Source: Nitrospira sp. (lineage in GTDB: Bacteria; Nitrospirota; Nitrospiria; Nitrospirales; Nitrospiraceae). Taken from it: a stretch of DNA of 64,000 nucleotides. Below, piece by piece: positions 58,639-64,000 of the stretch. The notes beneath the pieces are model-generated. The model searched no databases and was not told where the DNA came from. It saw nothing but the letters and a program-made list of their open reading frames with translations. Where the stretch lies: NCBI GenBank assembly GCA_040981125.1, contig JANRMQ010000009.1, positions 73,624 through 137,623 of the forward strand, written 5' to 3'. Each line of letters starts with the position of its first letter. Positions within the stretch are counted from its first letter, which is position 1. The position numbers were made by a program, and so were the translations under genes.

Positions 58639-60972
58639 ATGGAGCGTGTCGGCCTATTGGCGGGGTGTGTGACCATTGCTGTAATGATCTGTGTGAGCGG
58701 AGAAAGCAGTGCGGAGGAGGCCGTTTTGCCGGAAGGTAAAGCGGAGGAGGTGCTGTTGGAGGATGTACATGTCAACCCAACGGCGGCGACGACGTCCATG
58801 ATCGAACGCAAGCAGTCGGAACCACGCACCGAGCGGACCATCACCAAGGAAGGCATCGAGCGATTGGGAGGACCCGGACAGACATCACTGTACAAGGCCA
58901 TTGATATTCTTCCTTCCGTCCATTTTGAAAATATCGACGCCTACGGCCTCACCACCAACCTCTTGAATAATACCGGTGGAGTTCGTATCCGGGGGCGGCA
59001 AGGCATTACCGCCGGTCTCCTCGTCGAAGGAATTCCGGTGTGGGGGATTTCCTCGCCCGGACCTCGATCGGACATGTTCGACCTTGAAAATATCGCGAAC
59101 ATTTCACTGTATCCCGGTGCGGTTCCCGTCAACAAGAGTTTCGGCGCCGCGAACACGGCCGGCGTGATGGAGACGCAACTCTTGCGGCCCGCCGATGAAT
59201 TCGGGGTGACGGTGCGTCAAGGATACGGCATGTTCGATATGTTGCGGTCGTATGCGCGCCTGGATACCGGACGGCTCAAAACCGGAACGCGATTGTTCGG
59301 ATCCTATTCCTATACCTCGGTGGACAAATGGCGGGGAGCCGGCGACTCGCCGATCGGCCGCACCCATGTGGCCATGGGGCTTGCGCAAGACTTCGGCAAC
59401 CGGGTCAAGTTTGAACTCTTCGGCAATTATACCGAAGCCGTCGAGAACAATTATCGGCCGTTGTCGTTTGCGCAGGCGCGAAACCTAGATCAGTTCCGGT
59501 TTTTCGATTACAACACGACCATCCGGAACGCCCCGTCTCAGGATGTCAACTATTACGGCTTCAACAAACAAAGCTTTCGAGGCGTCAGCGTTATCGGAAA
59601 ACTGGTCGTGGAAACTTCCTCCACCGGTTCTCTGACCTTCCGTCCGTACTATTGGCGCGAAAACAGAAGAAATTTTTCCGGTTCCGGTAACCTTCAGATT
59701 TTCCAATACCCCGACGGACCAAATACGACCGGGCCGGGGATCCAACTGGGTATGAATTCAGATTTTCAGCGGTATGGCGGAACGCTCGAATACAAAACTC
59801 AACTCTTCGATACGACCGTCCTCGCTGGAATCTGGTCGGAATGGTACGACCACCCCTTGGCCATCAAGGGGTATCGGGTAGTCGGCGGGGAACTCTCGTT
59901 CGACAACTGGATGGTGCTGACCAAAAATGACGGCATCTCCCAGTTTCACAGCCCTTATATCAGAGTCATCAAGGACATTAAGCGGCTCCACATCGACGGC
60001 GGCGTGCGCTATCTCTACATGAACGAGGTCGGAAAGGATGCGTTCGTGACGAACGGCGTGGGCGATGTGTCGTTGGATGAAGCCTACGATCAAAACCTCA
60101 CGAAGGACCCGGCCGCGAGTTACGGCCGGCGGATTCAAGGGCAAGTCCTGCCCAATCTCGGGTTGAGCTACGATCTGACGGACCGTGTTTCGTTGTATGC
60201 CAATTACGGCCGGCAGTACGCGAGGCCGAGAGGTTTCCCCAGTCTCATGAGCGTGTTCAACCAGAATCGAAACACGTTCCTCAACCAAGGTCTGACGCTC
60301 GATTACATTGTCGGATCGATGCGTTTGGAAACCGCCGACAAGTTCGACATCGGATTCCGCTATGGCGGTGACAGATGGTATGTGGCGCCGGTGTTGTTTT
60401 ACAACCGCGTCCATCATCAGATGGTCAATATCTTCGATACGACGATTAATCAATCGGTGCCCACGGCGGGCGGGGAAGGCCAACAGTACGGCGGCGAATT
60501 AGAAGTCGGCGCGCAGCCGCTCGACAATCTCTCGCTCTATGCGTCGGGAAGCTACACTCGGGCGGAGCTGGTGGAAGACCTGCAAACCGCCACGGGAGTT
60601 GTTTCTCCCGTCAGCGGGCGGCAGTCTCCCAACGTCCCTCGTCTGACGGTCAAAGCGGGAGCCACCTACAATTTGCATGGCTTCTCGGTTTCCCCGATCT
60701 TCCGTTACGTGGGCGCCCGGTTCGGCGATGCCTTGGGTACCCAGCAGATTTCCCCTTACATGACCGTAGACCTGAATCTGATGTATTCCGATCCCAAGAC
60801 CTTTCAAAAATTCTACATGAAAGACGGGTTTATCCTGGTGAGTTTCTTGAATCTCTTCGATAAGAAATATATCGGCCTCATCAATTCGTTCGACGAAACC
60901 GTGGCGAGCGGCACGTCCTATTTCCCAGCCGCTCCCTTCACGGTCGCGTTGACGGTGGGTGCCAAGTTTTGA
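58639..60972 (+). CDS. TonB-dependent receptor
   Basis: Signal peptide, plug domain (ITKEGIERLGGPGQTSLYKAIDILPSV, IRGR), long barrel, terminal ..TVGAKF. Confidence 0.85.
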   Translation: MERVGLLAGCVTIAVMICVSGESSAEEAVLPEGKAEEVLLEDVHVNPTAATTSMIERKQSEPRTERTITKEGIERLGGPGQTSLYKAIDILPSVHFENIDAYGLTTNLLNNTGGVRIRGRQGITAGLLVEGIPVWGISSPGPRSDMFDLENIANISLYPGAVPVNKSFGAANTAGVMETQLLRPADEFGVTVRQGYGMFDMLRSYARLDTGRLKTGTRLFGSYSYTSVDKWRGAGDSPIGRTHVAMGLAQDFGNRVKFELFGNYTEAVENNYRPLSFAQARNLDQFRFFDYNTTIRNAPSQDVNYYGFNKQSFRGVSVIGKLVVETSSTGSLTFRPYYWRENRRNFSGSGNLQIFQYPDGPNTTGPGIQLGMNSDFQRYGGTLEYKTQLFDTTVLAGIWSEWYDHPLAIKGYRVVGGELSFDNWMVLTKNDGISQFHSPYIRVIKDIKRLHIDGGVRYLYMNEVGKDAFVTNGVGDVSLDEAYDQNLTKDPAASYGRRIQGQVLPNLGLSYDLTDRVSLYANYGRQYARPRGFPSLMSVFNQNRNTFLNQGLTLDYIVGSMRLETADKFDIGFRYGGDRWYVAPVLFYNRVHHQMVNIFDTTINQSVPTAGGEGQQYGGELEVGAQPLDNLSLYASGSYTRAELVEDLQTATGVVSPVSGRQSPNVPRLTVKAGATYNLHGFSVSPIFRYVGARFGDALGTQQISPYMTVDLNLMYSDPKTFQKFYMKDGFILVSFLNLFDKKYIGLINSFDETVASGTSYFPAAPFTVALTVGAKF

Positions 60973-61073
60973 GGCGCGAGATGAGACGGCGATGAGAAAG
61001 CATGCCGCTGACGATCGCGCCGGCCGATGTGGCCAATAAGTTTCAGGTTTGCTGTGAGCAAGACGGAGCGCAG

Positions 61074-62114
61074 ATGACGCGAGGGAACGAACGCCGGACG
61101 GTTGGAGCCTTGCTGCTCGTGTGGTGCTGGATTGTGATGGCGCCGCTACCGTCTTCCGCTCAGGGCCATTCGCGCATGGTCACCGACATGGCGGGCCGGG
61201 CGGTGTCTTTGCCGCCGGTGGTTGAGCGGGTGGCCGCGGTCGGTTCCGTACCGGTCATCCACAGTTTCATCTTCACGATGGGGAAAGCGGACACGATTGT
61301 AAATGGGCTCCCGCTCTTTGCGCAGGGAAAGCGGTACGACATCCACCGCCTGTTTGCGCCGAAGGTGGCGACACAGCCGACGACGCAAGGACCCGGTGGA
61401 GAACCGGACATGGAACGCTTGCTTGAACTGAAGCCTCAAGTTGTATTCGTCATGGATAAGATGTTGCTCAATATGTTGGAGCGGAAAGGCTTCACGGTTG
61501 TCTTTCTTGCCTGGCGGCAACCGGATGATGTGCGGACTCTCATGACCCTGCTTGGTCACATCTTTCATAGGGAGGAGCGGGCTGCTGCCTACTTGGAATG
61601 GTTCGATGAGACCGTCAGGCGAGTTCAAGCCGGGCTTCACGACCACCCTCAGGTTGTTCGGCCCCGCGTGCTCTTTGCCAGCATGAAAAGCATGCGAAGC
61701 CCCCATTTAATCGGAGACTGGTGGATTCAGCAAGCAGGAGGCGTCAGCGTCACCGCGGATGGCCGTGAAAGCGAACGGTTCGATTTTTCCATCGAGCATA
61801 TGATCCAGTGGAACCCCGATGTGTTGATTGTGAATGACCCGGGAGAAGTTGAGCAAGTCTATAAGGATCAACGGTCGAGGTATGTGAAGGCGGTGCAAGC
61901 CGGGCGAGTATTTTCTATCCCGGTCGGTGCTCATCCGTGGGGGTATCGCACGGCTGAACAACCGTTAATGGTGATCTGGGCGGCCAATCGGTTGTACGGC
62001 GACGGCTTTGCCGGCCTCAATCTCATGGAGGAGATGCAACAGTTCTATCGCCGATTTTTCAATGTACAACTCACCGATGATCAACTGCGCATGATCTTAA
62101 ACGGCGGCGCGTAA
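61074..62114 (+). CDS. Periplasmic substrate-binding protein of a FecB/BtuF-type (cluster A) ABC importer
   Basis: Signal peptide, VTDMAGRAVSLPPVVERVAAVG, PDMERLLELKPQVVFV, WNPDVLIV. Start at 61074 (61002 is an alternative). Confidence 0.75.
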   Translation: MTRGNERRTVGALLLVWCWIVMAPLPSSAQGHSRMVTDMAGRAVSLPPVVERVAAVGSVPVIHSFIFTMGKADTIVNGLPLFAQGKRYDIHRLFAPKVATQPTTQGPGGEPDMERLLELKPQVVFVMDKMLLNMLERKGFTVVFLAWRQPDDVRTLMTLLGHIFHREERAAAYLEWFDETVRRVQAGLHDHPQVVRPRVLFASMKSMRSPHLIGDWWIQQAGGVSVTADGRESERFDFSIEHMIQWNPDVLIVNDPGEVEQVYKDQRSRYVKAVQAGRVFSIPVGAHPWGYRTAEQPLMVIWAANRLYGDGFAGLNLMEEMQQFYRRFFNVQLTDDQLRMILNGGA

Positions 62115-62159
62115 TGTAGGCAACAAGACGGAGAACAATCAACGTGAAAGGAGGCAGTC

Positions 62160-62603
62160 ATGGCAAGTTTTGCAGAGTTGTCGGAATTGGTCGGGGTCCT
62201 GAACGAAAAAGACCGTGAAACCAGCAAGGTCTTGAACTGCGTCGAAAGCAAATTGGCCGGCATGGACCTCAATCTGGAATCGTGGCTCATGAGTGATCCG
62301 CTCGTCTCGGAGCCGGCGATGATCGAGGGCGTGCCGCATCAAATTGACCAGGTTATCGGGTTTGGCCTCCACAACGGCCGGCATGCGTTGCTGGTCAAGG
62401 AAGTCGTTCATGCCAGGGAGGAGGGGTGGGAGTCCAAAGGGGTTCAGAGCCATGGGCCTGCACGCTTGCTTCGCGAGGCCCCGCGCGAATTGCGGTTTCG
62501 GTCGATCGGGAAGATGGATGCGCTCGTGGATTCCCTGACGGTCCGCGCTCGGTCGATCATCGAAGCGTTTGACGCGGGTCGCAAAGAGCAACGGCACTGT
62601 TGA
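62160..62603 (+). CDS. Hypothetical protein
   Basis: Coherent 147-aa ORF with GAAAGGAGG 5 nt upstream of the ATG. I recognise no motif. Confidence 0.4.
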   Translation: MASFAELSELVGVLNEKDRETSKVLNCVESKLAGMDLNLESWLMSDPLVSEPAMIEGVPHQIDQVIGFGLHNGRHALLVKEVVHAREEGWESKGVQSHGPARLLREAPRELRFRSIGKMDALVDSLTVRARSIIEAFDAGRKEQRHC

Positions 62604-62720
62604 CGATGTTGCGGCGTCCTCCCTTTGCCGGAGTCTAGGCGTGGCGAGAATGACAGTATAGTTGACAATAGTTAGCATTCTGTGTAATGCAGACAGCGGG
62701 CGGCAGGCAAGCAGGAAGAA

Positions 62721-63785
62721 GTGGCGACGATTAACTCACAGTGGCATGGATGGGGGTGGTCGCTAGTCCTGCACGCCTGTCTGGCCGTTGCCTTGTTTGG
62801 TCTATGGCCGGTCCATCGGCCCGATCCGATTCTCTTCAAATGGGAAGTCAATGTGGTGCAACCTCCGCCGGCGGCGGAAGCTGCGCCTGCCTCTGAACCC
62901 CATGCTGAATCTCAGCCTGCGAAAACATCGGTCGAGAGCGCGGTGTCCGATAGGGCAATGAATCAGCCGGCGCGCGACAGACCGACCGTGTGGGAGCGTC
63001 CACAGGCCATGGAAAAGGCGATTGTCCAACGCGCGCCGGAACAGAGCCGTCCCGTACACCAGCGAACGGCACGTATGGCGGAGCCGGGGCTCACAACTAA
63101 TCCGTCGCCGATCGAACATGCGCGGGCCATGCCGGCGACTCAACAGAGAACGCCGATGGAGACGAAAACCGTGGAGGCCATGCCGTCTGCGAAAGAGATG
63201 CAAGCGGCGGCGCAAACCCCGCCATCAGCAGTTTCACGCATGGCTGCCCACACAGCACAGCCAAGTCAAATAGAGGAAGGAGAGGTAGTGCAGCGTGGGG
63301 CAAGCGCGTCAACGCCGTCGCGGAGACAGGAAATAGCAGAAGCTGTCACCGCACAGGCTGTGCGGGAGGTCTCCCCGGTCGAGCAGGTCACACGGCAGAC
63401 CGAGGCTCGCCAGACCGAGACAAGCCAATCCGAACCGGTCCCCGTGAGGCAGTCGAGGCCAGCCGGCGGCGCCGCTCGATCTTCGAGGGAGGTCCGTGCA
63501 CACTACGGATGGCTGAAGGCCGACCTGATGGCCCACATTGAGCGACTAAAGCGATATCCTCAGTTCGCGCTGGACAACAAATGGGAGGGTCGAGTGGTGG
63601 TGCGAGCTGTTATTTGGGCGGACGGCCGGCTTACGGACCTCTCGGTGGTCGAGACCTCGGGACATGATCTGCTGGATCGTGAGGCGCTGGAGCTATTGAA
63701 ACGGATTTCGCCCGTTTCGCTCAAGCATGAATTGGTTCCCTCACCGGTGACGTTGCGGATCCCGATCAATTATGGCATCCGGTGA
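62721..63785 (+). CDS. tonB: Energy transducer TonB
   Basis: N-terminal TM anchor, long Pro/Ala/Gln-rich spacer, TonB_C (YPQFALDNKWEGRVVVRAVIWADGRLTDLSVVETSGHDLLDREALELL). GTG start. Confidence 0.75.
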   Translation: MATINSQWHGWGWSLVLHACLAVALFGLWPVHRPDPILFKWEVNVVQPPPAAEAAPASEPHAESQPAKTSVESAVSDRAMNQPARDRPTVWERPQAMEKAIVQRAPEQSRPVHQRTARMAEPGLTTNPSPIEHARAMPATQQRTPMETKTVEAMPSAKEMQAAAQTPPSAVSRMAAHTAQPSQIEEGEVVQRGASASTPSRRQEIAEAVTAQAVREVSPVEQVTRQTEARQTETSQSEPVPVRQSRPAGGAARSSREVRAHYGWLKADLMAHIERLKRYPQFALDNKWEGRVVVRAVIWADGRLTDLSVVETSGHDLLDREALELLKRISPVSLKHELVPSPVTLRIPINYGIR

Positions 63786-64000
63786 ACTCAAGAATGTGAT
63801 GGCCGATCCTTCAATGGCGTCTCGGGACATGGATGTGACCGTGCGAAAACTTCCATGGCTCTGCGGCTTGGTTCTATTTCTGGCCGGCTTGGCCTTGTTG
63901 TCGCTTGGAGTCGGGCGATATGCCATTTCGACGGCGGAGCTGTCGCGGTTCTTTCTCTCGCTGGTGTCAGGTGTGCCTTTACTGGACGAAACGAGGTATC
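63772..64000 (+). CDS. FecCD/BtuC-type ABC permease, N-terminal part (continues beyond the window)
   Basis: The frame is open to the window end. LVLFLAGLALLSLGVGRYAISTAEL resembles the first TM/start of FecCD permeases. Overlaps the tonB end. The start is uncertain (63772 or 63799). Confidence 0.5.
   Translation, partial: MASGELKNVMADPSMASRDMDVTVRKLPWLCGLVLFLAGLALLSLGVGRYAISTAELSRFFLSLVSGVPLLDETRY

Overview
Gene-dense, visibly GC-rich chromosomal segment from a diderm bacterium (LptD, TonB, a TonB-dependent receptor, Tat and many lipobox proteins). The gene content (cytochrome bd-like oxidase, a DUF507 pair, several sigma-54 enhancer-binding proteins) resembles Nitrospirota; this is inference only. 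I found no rRNA, tRNA, CRISPR array, transposase or integrase by eye.

Housekeeping genes on the plus strand include moaA (3-prime part), accD, folC, lptD, trxA, recN, bcp, fabI, radA, tsaB, rimI, tatC, a cyclophilin PPIase and trmL.

The minus strand carries a histidine kinase / NtrC-type regulator / HD-GYP regulator module. It also carries a long unidirectional array (about 56.3 kb down to 41.9 kb): yezD-like, porin, modA, lipoprotein, DUF2325, racemase, sbp-cysTWA, a sigma-54 activator, DsrE-like, ThiS-like, then a Family 2A encapsulin with its cysteine desulfurase cargo and cysE. The 3-prime end holds a TonB-dependent uptake cluster.

The loci most worth a second look:
1. A translationally coupled calcineurin-like metallophosphoesterase + CHAT (caspase-like) protease pair at 31.8-35.4 kb. 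It sits in an A/T-richer insert between housekeeping genes and matches no named system I recognise, so it is a candidate conflict/defence module.
2. The encapsulin sulfur nanocompartment operon and its unusual ThiS-like / DsrE-like / sigma-54 context.
3. A 27-nt near-identical palindromic element placed just upstream of the ribosome-binding sites of two transporter genes.
4. A catalytically degenerate stand-alone sigma-54-activator AAA+ protein, divergent from mop/DUF2173.

All functional calls come from motif recognition in the supplied translations. No database search was run.
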